Below, piece by piece: positions 1-12,341 of a DNA stretch of 64,000 nucleotides. The position numbers and the translations under genes are program-made. This DNA comes from Eledone cirrhosa. Its lineage: Eukaryota. Numbering within the stretch: the stretch's first letter is position 1; every line of letters begins with the position of its first letter. The notes beneath the pieces were generated by a model that saw only the letters and a program-made list of their open reading frames with translations, searched no databases and was not told the origin of the DNA. The stretch spans positions 118,073-182,072 of the forward strand of contig CAXHJY010000114.1 of the NCBI GenBank assembly GCA_964016885.1. The letters run 5' to 3'.

Positions 1-1260
1 CGGCATCGGTGGGGCTCTGATCAATTTAGATCAGTCTAAGGCGTTCGATAGGGTCGACCATCGATACTTGGAAGCGGTTTTGAAGGCGGCCGGTTTCGGA
101 CCCGTCTTCAGAGGCTGGATCGCTGCAATGCACACCAACATCTGCTCGACGGTCAAGGTGAACGGCTACCTATCGGAGCGGTTCGCAATCACGCGTTCCC
201 TCCAACAAGGATGTCCTCTCCCCTCCATTCTGTACGTGCTGACTCTGGAGCCACTACTGCGGAAGTTGTAGCTGCTGCAGGGCATTCCGTTGGAACCAGG
301 ACTGCGGTAAGCGGCGTCGGTTTATGCCGACAACGTGACAGTAATGGTGTCGGAAACCTCGGAAATCGGGGCGATCAGCAACTTACTGCAGGAATACGAA
401 AGGCTCACAGGAGCAAAACTGAACCCGGAAAAGTCTGTCGGTTTGCAACTCGGAACGAGGAGAGGCAAACCGATGCCGTTAGACAGCGTCGTCGGACGCT
501 GGACGGACGGACGGACCGGTGAAATTGCTCGGGTTCTGGTTCGGTCAGGACCTCTAGGTGGAGAAAAACTGGAACGTGGTCACGGCCAAGTTATTTGCGC
601 TCACCCAGAAGTGGACAGAGTGCAAACTATCTTTGAAAGGTCGAGCGGAAGTGGCGAACACTTTCATAGCGTCCGTCATCTACTACCACTTGACCGTCGT
701 GCCTTGTCCCCGTGAACACCTCACCAAGATGAAACGCATGCTCTTCCAGTTCCTTTGGAAGAAGCAGGCTCCACTGGTGAGGAGATCCTTCTGCTGTCAG
801 CACCCTTCCAACGGAGGGCTGGGGATGCCGTGGCTGATGATACGCAAACATGCGCTGAGGCTACGGCATCTCCAAGTATTCCTCACCGACCAACCGGTGT
901 GGGCACTGTTTGTGACACAGGCCTTTCCGCAACTTGTCTCGCTGACGGAACTACAATCCTGCATCAAGCGGAGACCGAAGAAAATGGGCGCCTGGCACAT
1001 TGAATGCGCTTAGGCGCTCACAGTCAAGTGGGCACAGCAATCAGTGGAGAAAAGAGCACTTGCACAACACGCTCCTGAAGTTGAGGGTTGTTCTATTGAC
1101 GGGGTATTAAACAACCCATTTGTGGCGCCTCCCCCCTATTGGGATTTCGATTGTTAAATCTGTTTGTTTCAATATTTATACACGACTGTATGTAAAATTC
1201 CCGGCATATGTCTTTGTTTTGTCCCCTTTTCTTGTGCGCCCTTGTGGCAAATAAAGAAAT
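1..1260 (+). mobile_element. Tx1-clade LINE copy 0: degenerate 3' part (RT to 3'UTR), window-truncated, with stops, frameshifts and an internal deletion at ~1051
   Basis: ORF pieces (LDQSKAFDRVDH, QGCPL, KLSLKGRAEVAN, GGLGMPW) are collinear with ORF2 at 5050-6105. The sequence then jumps to a 3'UTR ending CCCTTGTGGCAAATAAAGAAA followed by (ATCT)n. Confidence 0.92.
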
Positions 1261-1261
1261 A

Positions 1262-1302
<41 letters not shown>
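1261..1302. repeat. (TATC)n microsatellite: tail of copy 0 and target of Tx1-A
   Basis: Read directly; it separates two head-to-tail Tx1 elements. Confidence 0.97.
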
Positions 1303-1517
1303 CTGGGATGGACACACGCGTATAACTTGCTGAGTAAGTTCTGTTTAAATTTCTATAGAAATTCTTGTCTGATAACTTTAATTTTTGTACCATTTTGTAG
1401 AGGGACTGCCAGGTCAAACTTTGATCTGGTCAGTCTCTCAAAATATTCTACGCCTTTAGGCGAAATAGTTAAACAAAAAAAAAGTTTTTTCTTGTTGAAA
1501 AGTCAATATTTTTTTAA

Positions 1518-3296
1518 ATGGCCGAAGCTTCTTCACCAAAATTCGAAGGAGGAAAGGGGAAGATGAACTTACAGCTTCCCCCTGCCACTGTCACAGTAGC
1601 AGAGGTCAAGAAGAAAGGTCAGCCAGAGGAAGAATTCTCTCCACCTGTTAACCGACAACTTGACGTTGCCATGGTAACAACTCAAAGAACCAGCGGCAAC
1701 AGCAACAACAACAATGCGACGGACGAAAACAACACCAATAACAATAACAACAACAAGACCAATAACGGTGACAACAACAACAATGATAACAACAACACCA
1801 CCAACGACAACAACAACACAAACAAACAAAATTTCTCCTTCGCCGAGACGACAAGGAAAACCCTCGACTATCTGCCAGTAGATATAACAAAAGCGAAGGA
1901 GTTACTGGCGGATGCGAAAAAATATATAGTGTACGGGGAAAATGGTTCATTCACAATCCATTCCCCCCCGGAACTAAAAAGCCAGAGACTCCTAAACACG
2001 GTCATGTTTAGGACAATCTCGAACAAAAGTAAAAAACCAGCTCAACCATCACAGAGCGAGATAGAGCTGGTTTTAAAAGACGTCATGAAGGACATCACCT
2101 TCATTCAGAAGGATAGACTCTACGGGAGTCTATCCATTCTCATGAAGGACAGGGACACAGCAGTGAAACTGTCCATCAAACCAATCACATCCACCGCATA
2201 CACCTTCTACCCTACGTACATGGGTAGAAGAACACAAAAAATAAAAATCCACACCATCCTGCCGATTATGGACATATGGTGGGTTTTGACAGGTTTTCTG
2301 GACCTGGAGGATGACATGCTGGTGTCCATGGGAAAGGCATCGGGTGACGCGTTCAGTGGAACGAGCCTCGAACTTGTAGTTCAAATGAGGCCCGAAAGGA
2401 TCGCCCAGATCCCTGAACGCGTCATACTGGATGATCTAACCTTCATCAACATTACCGTTGAGGGTAGACGGCCCTCGTGTTACCTCTGCGGAACCAGAGG
2501 TCACCTGAGGGCTGTCTGTCCCCAACTTAATAAGAAAACCCCAATCCTGCCTACACCACCAACAGCTGCACAACCAACACAATCACCACAACTACCACTA
2601 CAAAAACAACCACCACAGCTCAAACCAAAACAAAACAATGTCCAACCCATCCCCTCCACTCAAAAAACAAAAACAATTTCCAAAACACCCGTACCGCAAA
2701 CACAACCCGAAAATATACCCCTCCCCTCCAACGCGGAAGATGACCCTAGTTCGTCGTCAGACGAGGAGGAGCACTTCCACACAATCAAAAGAAAAAAAAG
2801 AAAACACACCTCAGACACACAAATGAAAAAAAACCCTCCCCAAAACATAACACTGACACCAACACAAAAGAGCTCACAACAGCAAACAAAAAACACCACA
2901 CAAAAACAAAAACATGCATACACATACATAAATACAAGAAACAAAAAACTGTTAAACATTGTGTACAACAACAATCTAATAAAAACACAAGGGCCTAACT
3001 TCACCCAGGCAGGGGATTTCCCCCACCTCAAAATGATTAAGGCCCCACAGGACACCTATAAAACTTTAAAAAACAATTTTAAAGAGGACGTGGGTCCCCC
3101 CTGCGTCGGGCCCATTAACCGCGTCCTCCTAAAAAACTATCCCACCCCCTCCCCAAACACCCACACAACTCCAAGCTCCCCAACCACACAACACACTGAT
3201 GCCCCCACACTTCCACAAACCACCACCCCACCCAACAACCCATCCCCCACCCTAATGGAAATTGTGCAGCCCGATACCCGGGACGCAGAGAGGTAA
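1518..3296 (+). CDS. Tx1-A ORF1p (Asn-rich N-terminus, CCHC zinc knuckle, Pro/Thr/Lys-rich C-terminus)
   Basis: 592-aa open frame with CYLCGTRGHLRAVC = CX2CX4HX4C, preceded by VEGRRP. Homologous ORF1s occur at 35-36, 38-39 and 43-45 kb. Confidence 0.9.
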   Translation: MAEASSPKFEGGKGKMNLQLPPATVTVAEVKKKGQPEEEFSPPVNRQLDVAMVTTQRTSGNSNNNNATDENNTNNNNNNKTNNGDNNNNDNNNTTNDNNNTNKQNFSFAETTRKTLDYLPVDITKAKELLADAKKYIVYGENGSFTIHSPPELKSQRLLNTVMFRTISNKSKKPAQPSQSEIELVLKDVMKDITFIQKDRLYGSLSILMKDRDTAVKLSIKPITSTAYTFYPTYMGRRTQKIKIHTILPIMDIWWVLTGFLDLEDDMLVSMGKASGDAFSGTSLELVVQMRPERIAQIPERVILDDLTFINITVEGRRPSCYLCGTRGHLRAVCPQLNKKTPILPTPPTAAQPTQSPQLPLQKQPPQLKPKQNNVQPIPSTQKTKTISKTPVPQTQPENIPLPSNAEDDPSSSSDEEEHFHTIKRKKRKHTSDTQMKKNPPQNITLTPTQKSSQQQTKNTTQKQKHAYTYINTRNKKLLNIVYNNNLIKTQGPNFTQAGDFPHLKMIKAPQDTYKTLKNNFKEDVGPPCVGPINRVLLKNYPTPSPNTHTTPSSPTTQHTDAPTLPQTTTPPNNPSPTLMEIVQPDTRDAER

Positions 3297-3320
3297 GTGC
3301 CTTTTCTCTTCACCACCAAC

Positions 3321-6300
3321 ATGGCTATGCTAAGAGTAGGCTGTTTAAATGCGCGTGGCCTGGGCTCAACTTGGAAGCAAGCAATGCTTCTAAATGACCT
3401 CAGGTCACAACGTATAGATGTGATGGTTATTTGCGAGGCCCGGATCAGCAACGTGCGACAGCTGGCCCCCACCTTTGATGACTTTGAGATGCACGCATCT
3501 CTCTGTCAGCCCGGAGGTGGGGGTGGAGTTGTCGTTCTGCTGCAAAAACATCTGGGTCTCGCAACACAGATAGTACATTTGGACCCGGAGGGTCGACTAG
3601 TGGTTCTGGACCTTGGCAGTGGTAAAGGCGGAGCGTTTAGGTTGGTAGCCGCCTACGGCCCTTTCGGGTCAATGCGGCCGGACTTCTTCCATCGTCTGGA
3701 GACTTTTCTAGGGACGTCCCGCTCCTTGCTATTAGTGGGGGACTGGAATGGTATCCTAGATGCACGCTGGGACTACGTAGGGGCCTGCCCCGATAGAGAG
3801 GGGTGTAATAGCCTCAAAGGGTTAATCGGTCGATTTGACCTGGCCGATAGATATCGACTAGATTTTCCGACTGCGCCAACCTGGACTTGGGCAAATCGTA
3901 GCGGATCATCTAGGTCGTACCTAGATAGGTTCTTAGTTAGAATTAAGGATAAGGACTTTTTAAGTTGTCCAAAAATGCGCATTGTTGGCTATTCAGACCA
4001 CAAATTAGTGACCTGCATGGTCAACCTTGACAGAACTCATAGACAGGGCCCCGGTTACTGGAAGCTCAACTTGTCCTTGCCGGCAAGTAGAGCCTACAGG
4101 AATCGGATTAGTACGTTAGTTAAGGAACGGTTGACTGGAGCGATCGTCAACAGCAGGTGGTGGGTATCTCTAAAGAGAGAGATTAGAGTAGTCTCGATAG
4201 AATTTAGTAAGGTTCTAGCTGCGGATAGGAATAGGAAGGAAAGGGAGCTAATAGATAGAGTAGAAGAGGCAATTAGAAGCGGCGACGTGGCCAGAGTGCT
4301 AGCGTCGAGAACGGCTTTGAGCCAGTTTTTCGACGCGAAGCACGAAGGCTGCGTTGTCCGAAGTAAAATACGTGCTCTAGGGAACGAGGGGACCAAAGCT
4401 GTTAGCTGGGCCCGCGTGACAGAGGCCAACAGTGGAACTAAATCCACCATCCGGTCTTTGCGAGACCTGGATGGACGGGCGATTCTTGAGCCTAAGCAGA
4501 TGTGTGAGGCCTTTCAAAGGCACTTTGCCCGACTGTTCGGGAGGGGCGGGGAGCCGGTTGGGAACGTGGACTTCGGTCCATACCTCGACGGCCTGCCGCG
4601 CCTCTCGGACAGGGAGGCGAAGTCCTGCGAAGAGCCGATTTCGGCCGCTGAGATAGAGGACGTGCTGAGCCAATGCGGCAAACGCAAATCCCCGGGTCTC
4701 GATGGTCTTCCTTACGAATTATATCTAGCTATGCCGGACTTGTTCCCCGATCTCCTCGAGGCGGTCTACTGCAACTGGCAACAGAACGGGAGAATTCCCT
4801 GTACTGTGACCAAGGGCGTAGTCACGCTAGTGAGGAAGGACGAGAACAAGGGGGACGAAATAAGTAACTTCAGGCCCATAACACTGCTAAATACAGAGTT
4901 ACAGATTTTGGCCAAGGTGCTAGCAAAGAGGTTGGCGCTTGTCGTGGGCAACCTGGTGGGAGATGCGCAGACATGCGCTATCCCGTCCAGGTCCATCCAT
5001 GACAACCTCCACCTCATGCGATACATCATAGAGAGGGTTGGGAACGAACCCGGCTTTGGTGGGGCTCTGATCAACTTGGATCAATCTAAGGCGTTCGATA
5101 GGGTCGACCATGGTTACCTGGATGCGGTGCTAGCGGCGGCAGGCTTCGGACCCGTTTTCAGGGGCTGGATCACTGCTATGCACAGCAGCCGCATCTGCTC
5201 TAGGGTCAAGGTGAACGGCTACCTCTCGGAGCCGTTCAAAATCGCGCGGTCCATCCGACAAGGGTGCCCTCTCTCCTCCCTTCTGTATGTGTTGACTCTC
5301 GAGCCACTACTGCGGAAGTTGGAGTTGTTGCAGGGCATCCCTTTGGAACCGGGATTGCGGAAAGCGGTGTCGGCCTACGCCGATGACGTGACAGTAATGG
5401 TGTCGACGGCCTCCGAAATCGAGGCGGTCGGCACCTTACTGGAGGAGTACGAAAAGTTCACAGGGGCTAAGCTGAACCGGGACAAGTCGATCGGTTTGCA
5501 ACTCGGCACGTGGAGGGGCAGACCGATGCCCTCCGATAGCGTCGTCGGACGCTGGACGGAGGGCCCGGTGAAGTTGCTCGGGGTCTGGTTCGGACCGGAC
5601 CTCCAGGTGGAGAAAAACTGGGCGGAGGTCACGAACAGGGTGTTTGCACTGACCCAGAAGTGGGCCAGTTGCAAACTATCCCTGAAAGGCCGGGCGGAGG
5701 TGGCGAACACCTACATAGCGTCCGTCATCTACTACCGCCTGACCGTAGTGCCCTGCCCAAGGGAAACCCTCACCAAGATGGAGCGCGCGCTCTTCCAATT
5801 CCTTTGGAAGAGGCGGGCTCCTATGGTGAGGAGATCCATCTGCTGTCAACACCCTTCGAAAGGAGGGCTGGGGATGCCGTGGCTAGTGATGCGTAAACAC
5901 GCATTAAGGCTACGGCACCTCTACGTATTCCTCACCGGACAACCGGTGTGGGCCTCGTTTGTGAGACGAACCTTTCCCAGACTCGTCTCACTCACCGAGC
6001 TGCAATCCTGGGTCAAGCAAAGACCGAGAAAACTGGGCGCCTGGCACACTGAGTGTGCCCAGGCGCTCACCGCCCTCTGGCAGGCGGATCCGGTTATCAG
6101 TGGAGACTCCACCGCAACATTCTATAGAGGGCTGGTACGCAGCAGGTGCGACGACGCCCTCGGAGAAGCCCTAGACATGGAGGAGGACGAACTGGCCAGC
6201 CTGTTCGGTAGGACATTCAGCCCGGGACCTATGGACAACTTCCAGAAGTCCCTGGCCTGGCAGTGCTACCGAGGGGCTTTACCCGTTCGAGAAAGGCTCT

Positions 6301-6758
6301 ACAGACACGGGCGCCCGGGTAGGGACCCCGCCAAAAAGATCTGTCCCAGATGCGTGTGCGACGAGGAAACCGTTGCACACGCATTAGTACACTGCTCGGG
6401 CGTAGCCGATCTGTGGGGCTATGTCGAACAACTGCTGTCAAGGGTGGGACCGATCCGGTTGACCACCGAGTCTATTGTAATGATCAAGCCGCCTCCCCCC
6501 TTCAAAGATGAAGCAGAGGCGGTGTTTCTGTGCGTAATAGCCATGGCGAAAGAGGTTGTATGGTGGACGCGTCTGAAAGGACTGAGGTCGGGCACCTTTC
6601 TCTCTGGCCAACAACTGGTCCGTTTCTTCCGATATCATTTCGGAAGAAGGATCAGGATGGAGAGAGAGGTGCTGCACCCCAGCCGTTTCTATGAAAGATG
6701 GGTGAAAGTGGCGAGAATGGCCCGTGTGAATGGGCCTTCACTCTACATCAGACTATAG
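3321..6758 (+). CDS. Tx1-A ORF2p: APE endonuclease, reverse transcriptase and C-terminal CCHC zinc finger
   Basis: Endonuclease motifs LNARGL, GDWN, YLDRF and SDH; RT motifs NFRPITLLN, LDQSKAFDRV, RQGCPLS and YADD; finger CPRC...H...C. The first ATG is at 3321 (the ORF track opens at GTG 3297). No stops. Confidence 0.95.
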   Translation: MAMLRVGCLNARGLGSTWKQAMLLNDLRSQRIDVMVICEARISNVRQLAPTFDDFEMHASLCQPGGGGGVVVLLQKHLGLATQIVHLDPEGRLVVLDLGSGKGGAFRLVAAYGPFGSMRPDFFHRLETFLGTSRSLLLVGDWNGILDARWDYVGACPDREGCNSLKGLIGRFDLADRYRLDFPTAPTWTWANRSGSSRSYLDRFLVRIKDKDFLSCPKMRIVGYSDHKLVTCMVNLDRTHRQGPGYWKLNLSLPASRAYRNRISTLVKERLTGAIVNSRWWVSLKREIRVVSIEFSKVLAADRNRKERELIDRVEEAIRSGDVARVLASRTALSQFFDAKHEGCVVRSKIRALGNEGTKAVSWARVTEANSGTKSTIRSLRDLDGRAILEPKQMCEAFQRHFARLFGRGGEPVGNVDFGPYLDGLPRLSDREAKSCEEPISAAEIEDVLSQCGKRKSPGLDGLPYELYLAMPDLFPDLLEAVYCNWQQNGRIPCTVTKGVVTLVRKDENKGDEISNFRPITLLNTELQILAKVLAKRLALVVGNLVGDAQTCAIPSRSIHDNLHLMRYIIERVGNEPGFGGALINLDQSKAFDRVDHGYLDAVLAAAGFGPVFRGWITAMHSSRICSRVKVNGYLSEPFKIARSIRQGCPLSSLLYVLTLEPLLRKLELLQGIPLEPGLRKAVSAYADDVTVMVSTASEIEAVGTLLEEYEKFTGAKLNRDKSIGLQLGTWRGRPMPSDSVVGRWTEGPVKLLGVWFGPDLQVEKNWAEVTNRVFALTQKWASCKLSLKGRAEVANTYIASVIYYRLTVVPCPRETLTKMERALFQFLWKRRAPMVRRSICCQHPSKGGLGMPWLVMRKHALRLRHLYVFLTGQPVWASFVRRTFPRLVSLTELQSWVKQRPRKLGAWHTECAQALTALWQADPVISGDSTATFYRGLVRSRCDDALGEALDMEEDELASLFGRTFSPGPMDNFQKSLAWQCYRGALPVRERLYRHGRPGRDPAKKICPRCVCDEETVAHALVHCSGVADLWGYVEQLLSRVGPIRLTTESIVMIKPPPPFKDEAEAVFLCVIAMAKEVVWWTRLKGLRSGTFLSGQQLVRFFRYHFGRRIRMEREVLHPSRFYERWVKVARMARVNGPSLYIRL

Positions 6759-7021
6759 GTGAGGAAGATGAAAGACCAAGGGAGCACCCCTTCTCTGTGC
6801 TCCTGAGGAGAAGGGTTGCACACTTTTTTCGGGGGTGTGTGCGACCCCCCAAGGCGCCTCCTCTCTATTGAGGATTTTGTTAAAAATTTTATTTTTTGTT
6901 ATATCTTATTTTATTTTTATATTTTGTTATTGCCTCCTCCTTATTGAGGACGCCTTTTTGTGTAAACTCCCCCCTTTGTACTTGTCCCACTTTTGATGCC
7001 CTAGTGGCAAATAAAAGAAAT

Positions 7022-7272
<251 letters not shown>

Positions 7273-7550
7273 CTGTCTACTTATTGTCTATCTACAATCT
7301 ATCTCAATTTGTTATCCCCTACCAATGTTCCTTTTTCTCTCTTTTATTTCTTTACTTTACAAACACATACACGCTCGGTTCACATTCAGCTTCATTGAAC
7401 CTTTTCATTCATATTTTGCATCCACAAAATAGATTTTTACAGTTTTCGTCTTTTGAACAATGCTTATATCAAACATAACTAAATAGCTGACGAAACGTCT
7501 TTGTTGCTGATATTCGGGTGAGAGAGCTGAGTGACAGGGAGTGAATGGAC

Positions 7551-7893
7551 TTCCGTCAGTTTCGATGAGGTGTTTCAGTTATTCAATCAACAGAACAGCC
7601 TGCTCATGAAATTAACGTGTAAAAAGGGCTGAGTATTCCATAGAGATGTGTGGCCTTAACGTAGTTCACAAGGAAGTTCAGCGTGACACTATGTGTGACA
7701 AAGTTGTCCCTTCGAATTACAGGTAAAGTCCATCCGACGGGTTTACGAACAGTTTCCGACTACCCAGTTTCACTCAAGGTGATGGATCGATTCAAGGCTA
7801 TGGTAAATGACACTTGCCCAATATGGCACGCAGTGGGATTGAACCTGGAACTTAATGATTACGAAACGACCTCTTAACCACTCGGTCATGCTG
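7551..7893 (-). mobile_element. tRNA-headed SINE, family O (other copies ~12658-12965 -, ~14010-14350 -, ~17050-17350 -, ~18390-18545 +)
   Basis: Minus-strand A/B-box-like head (GGTTCAATCCC) and a body shared between copies (gaaattaacgtg..gctgagtattcc..ccttaacgtagttc..gattcagcgtgac). Confidence 0.7.
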
Positions 7894-8099
7894 CGTCCCT
7901 CGCTTCGCGTTTGCAGGGATCCATAATGGTTCTGTAGACATATGCAACATGTCTTCGACACTTGAAATCTGGCGGAGCCTATCCTTCTCCAAGTCTGAAC
8001 ATAGTTGATTTCGGAGGGAGAGGAAGAGTGGGGTAGAGGGAAAGAGGGAAAGAGAGAGGATAGGAGATAGATAGATAGATAGATTGATAGAGAGAGAGG

Positions 8100-8260
8100 A
8101 AGAATCGACCCAAGTACTGAACTGATACTTTATTATCGACTTCGAAAGAATGAAAAGCAAACTTGACCTCAACGGAATTTAAACTCACAACGCAGTCAGC
8201 CTGAACGAATACCGCAAAGTATTATATCCGACGTTTTAAAGACTGCCAATTCGCCGCCTA
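8100..8260 (-). mobile_element. Degenerate SINE, family M
   Basis: Reverse complement of the ggtcgataaaataaagtaccag / gccgaggtt core. Confidence 0.6.
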
Positions 8261-9339
8261 TCTCTTTATTAATACACTCATGAAATCTGGAAGTATATTA
8301 AATGAACAATCTATTGATAGTAAGTTTCTCTGGAACATGCCAAATATATTGCAGAAGAATTTCAACTTTCAGTACTTTGTCACCTCTCGTGCTCTCTATC
8401 CATCATGGAACTTATATGTGTATTTCATGGGAATAATTAGAATCACGTGCAAGCAGTGTCTGGCTTCCTTTCATTAAGTTCATCAAGGCGTTGTTAAGTT
8501 GTCAATTATTTAAGTAAAAATCGTTCAATTTATCAATGAATATACATATACACATTCGAGGGAGGGAGATAACTACAGCGTGATAATATTCCTGAAATGT
8601 TCAGATCTTCCACGTTTATTGGGCAGTAAGTATTCCATCATTCAATCATCTAGAATCCCAGATGTTATATTGTATTATTTAATAAGATAAGGTTAAATGA
8701 GAAATGTCAGAAGTTGTATATCTCCAGATAATATAATTCAGCTCATTATATTATCATATCACAACAAGAACCATACCGAACATCACAAAACTACATTATA
8801 ATCGTGAAGGTACACGCCTTTATTTCTCCGGGGGGTTCTAAATATGGAATCGTTTCTTCTTCGGTTTCTTCTCCTCTATTCCTATAAAAAATCGGCTATG
8901 ATCAAACGTAGAGAGATGGGCCTCGTCAGGTTTACCATACCTAAGACAGCTTGTAACGACAACACACTTATGATTCCCTCACTGCTCATGAAAGGAAGGA
9001 TAGTGTAGTCTATCTACTCATACATACAGAACATCCGAAATAAAGACATGGTGGTCAACGTCTTTTATCATAGGTCTATGTTGACTTGGAATGAACCACA
9101 AAAAAACACAACCCTCTATTTTCTTTCATTCTTTTACTCATCTTGCTAGTTAGACTTCGGCCATGCTGGGGTAGAACTTTGAATTAGTTGATCATATCGA
9201 CCACTACTACTTACTCTTTTAGTCTTATATTTATTTCATCAATCATCTTTTTGTTGAACCGCTATGTTACGGGCTATAACCCCCTCCTCCTCTTATATGT
9301 ATGTGTATGTGTGTGATTCAGTGAAGTACTGGTGGTAGC

Positions 9340-9695
9340 CATTAATATATGTCATCCTCGGTCTCCCACTTTCAGCGTGTCTGTGTAAGGGCTCCCACGG
9401 GACCACTGAGTGCAGTGTCAGCCCTGAATATCGATGAACATGTCCTGCTAACCCCAGTCTTCTCTGAGTCACTTTCGAGCTGACTTTGGAAAGTTCATGT
9501 ACGTACTGGTTCAGAGCCATCTTTAGCATCCCTGTGTAGCCTCCAACCACTATCTGAGTGAGTCTCGTGGTCAGTGTTCAAGTCTTAGACCCATATAGCA
9601 GCACATACACTACTGGAACAACGAAGAGACGGATCTTTGGGTCTTTACAAAGGTCCGCCTTCTACGCCGACCTCAAACTGTCACCCAGGGCTTTG

Positions 9696-9696
<1 letters not shown>
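9340..9696 (-). pseudogene. RTE-clade LINE ORF fragment
   Basis: Translates to [17 protein letters not shown] and QRRLGLAGHVHR..WEP..GRPRMTYI, typical of the RTE post-RT region; frameshifted. Confidence 0.75.
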
Positions 9697-9781
<85 letters not shown>

Positions 9782-9901
9782 CAAATGAAAAGATGTATGT
9801 TGATATATATAGTATATATAGAGAAAGAGCCATATATCATACAAGAAAGACTATTGAGATTATTTAGAAATATAAACATATTCATGTTTCGATTCATCAT
9901 T

Positions 9902-10231
<330 letters not shown>

Positions 10232-10914
10232 ATACAAGCAGAAGCATCTATATCACTCGGCTAGTAAAAACAGACTGAAGGATATCTAACATTTACTATT
10301 GCGATGCTCAAATAGTTATCCTTATTTCCTTCTTAAGAACTCGCAAGAAAATCTTTATGGAAAGAAAATTGAGGTTCCTTTTATCGATTAATCTAATTTC
10401 CTGTCGTAAGTTCCAAGGGAACATACACTTTCTTCACAGCATGTGCTATGTCAGCATATATAAAATATTGGCACCTGCGTTTGTTTGTGTGCAGATATTC
10501 CATTTGCTATAAGATATCTTAATGCTGTTACTTAATTTTATTATACCCGGCAAACGTTTATGTTGAAATGTTATAGCTTTATCTTCCTTATCTCCATTTC
10601 TCCTCGAAATTTACTTCACTCATTTCCGTTTGTTCTTTGATTTTGAAACAAAAGGTTATGGTTTTATGATTTTATGATTTAACAGTGAAAGGTTGAGGGA
10701 TTAAAATATTAGATCATGGGTTAGAAAGTTATAAGTTACGTGTTATAATGTGTAGTGGGGGGGGGGGGAGCAGTTAAATATGCACCTGTCGATGTCATGA
10801 ACAAAATGGAGAGATCATTATTTAATGGCGTCAGCGTGATTCAACGTTGAATGATTTTTATTCGCATTGCTTTATTTGTTTAACAAATACCATTGGAAAA
10901 TGATAATGGCATGA

Positions 10915-11160
10915 AAGTGCGGAGCACTTTGGTTAGGGGGTTGGACTCACGATCATAAAGTTGTTTATTCGATTACATGACCTGCTGGCACGTTCGTATC
11001 TCTGAGCATAGCATCTTATTTCACGCTGCTCCAATTCACTTGGTTGAAAACAAGTACCACCTGGGGGTTTAGCTCTGCGACAAACTGGGAGAGCACTGTA
11101 CAATCAATCACTTAATCCCACATGAAACTGGAATATGCTCCGGCCATCGAACTACCCTTG
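10915..11160 (+). mobile_element. Degenerate tRNA-headed SINE (similar heads at ~11435-11540 and ~14410-14580)
   Basis: tggttagg..ttggactcacgatc..ttcgatt head and downstream 'cttatttcacgctgctcca' shared between copies. Confidence 0.55.
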
Positions 11161-12024
11161 CGAGAAGAGAAAAATAACCGTAAAACAATAACTCATTTGA
11201 AAATGATTGCAGGGCTAAAAATAATAGCAAATCGCATTTCCCAACACTTATATATATTTATTGTAATTCTTTATGGGCTGGGGAAAAATATATATTCACA
11301 TAATGTCAACAACCTGCTGAGAGCTTAGTGATTAGGTGATGAGGATAATAGGAAAGATCACATATTGTCAATAATTTGTTGTGAGTTTAGTGATTGGGTG
11401 ATGAGAACATTTAATACGAAAGATCCAACAACGTGAAGGCAAGTGGCCAAGTGTATAGGTATTGAATAGGGGTCGTGGGTTTCATTCCTAAACCAGGCGA
11501 TACGTTGTGTTCTTCAGCAAGATTCCTCATTTCATGTTGCTTTCCATGATAGGACTGACTGGGATCCATTTAATTAAAACAAGAAATATGAGACTCAGAC
11601 GACCAATAGGAAGCGAGCTAAACCTACATGGGAATAAACTTTAAATTTCATTTTTTTCCCTCTCATTGCTCTGCTATCGTTCCTAAGTCCAATGCCAGAC
11701 AGTAAGTAAATAGGGAATTTAGCGACAAACCCATAACAATCCATGTCTACTGACACGAGCGTACACTGCCTTCACCATGCCTGACACGATTATCTAACTT
11801 CGTATGTTATACTTTTTCTTTCATGAGCGTACACAGCTTGCACGATGCCCTACTAAGGCATTATCAACTAAGGTATCAGGAGGAGATATGTATCGAGTCA
11901 GACCATGCTATAAAGTTAGGCTGTTGCTTCGTTATCGCAATACGGTTGAGGAACACGATCACATACACACACACACACGCACACATACAGACACATATAC
12001 ATTGTACACACCCACACATATATA

Positions 12025-12168
<144 letters not shown>

Positions 12169-12285
12169 GCCTTTTAACGTATGTTGTAGCTCTGTTTCGT
12201 AAGAATCTATTGAGCGCTTGCCACACATCTCGGAAGTTGTTTTTCGCTAATTTCCAATAGCCGAAATACGATTCTCGCTAATTTA

Positions 12286-12341
<56 letters not shown>

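Larger units (their letters stand above)
1303..7021 (+). mobile_element. Full-length Tx1-clade (L1 group) non-LTR retrotransposon Tx1-A, apparently intact
   Basis: 5'UTR, ORF1, ORF2 and a 3'UTR with AATAAA; (TATC)n on both sides. Confidence 0.93.

Noticed and set aside
3773-5710. Antisense ORFs within Tx1 ORF2 that recur in several copies
   Set aside because: They are shadows of the conserved GC-rich sense frame, with no independent motif support.
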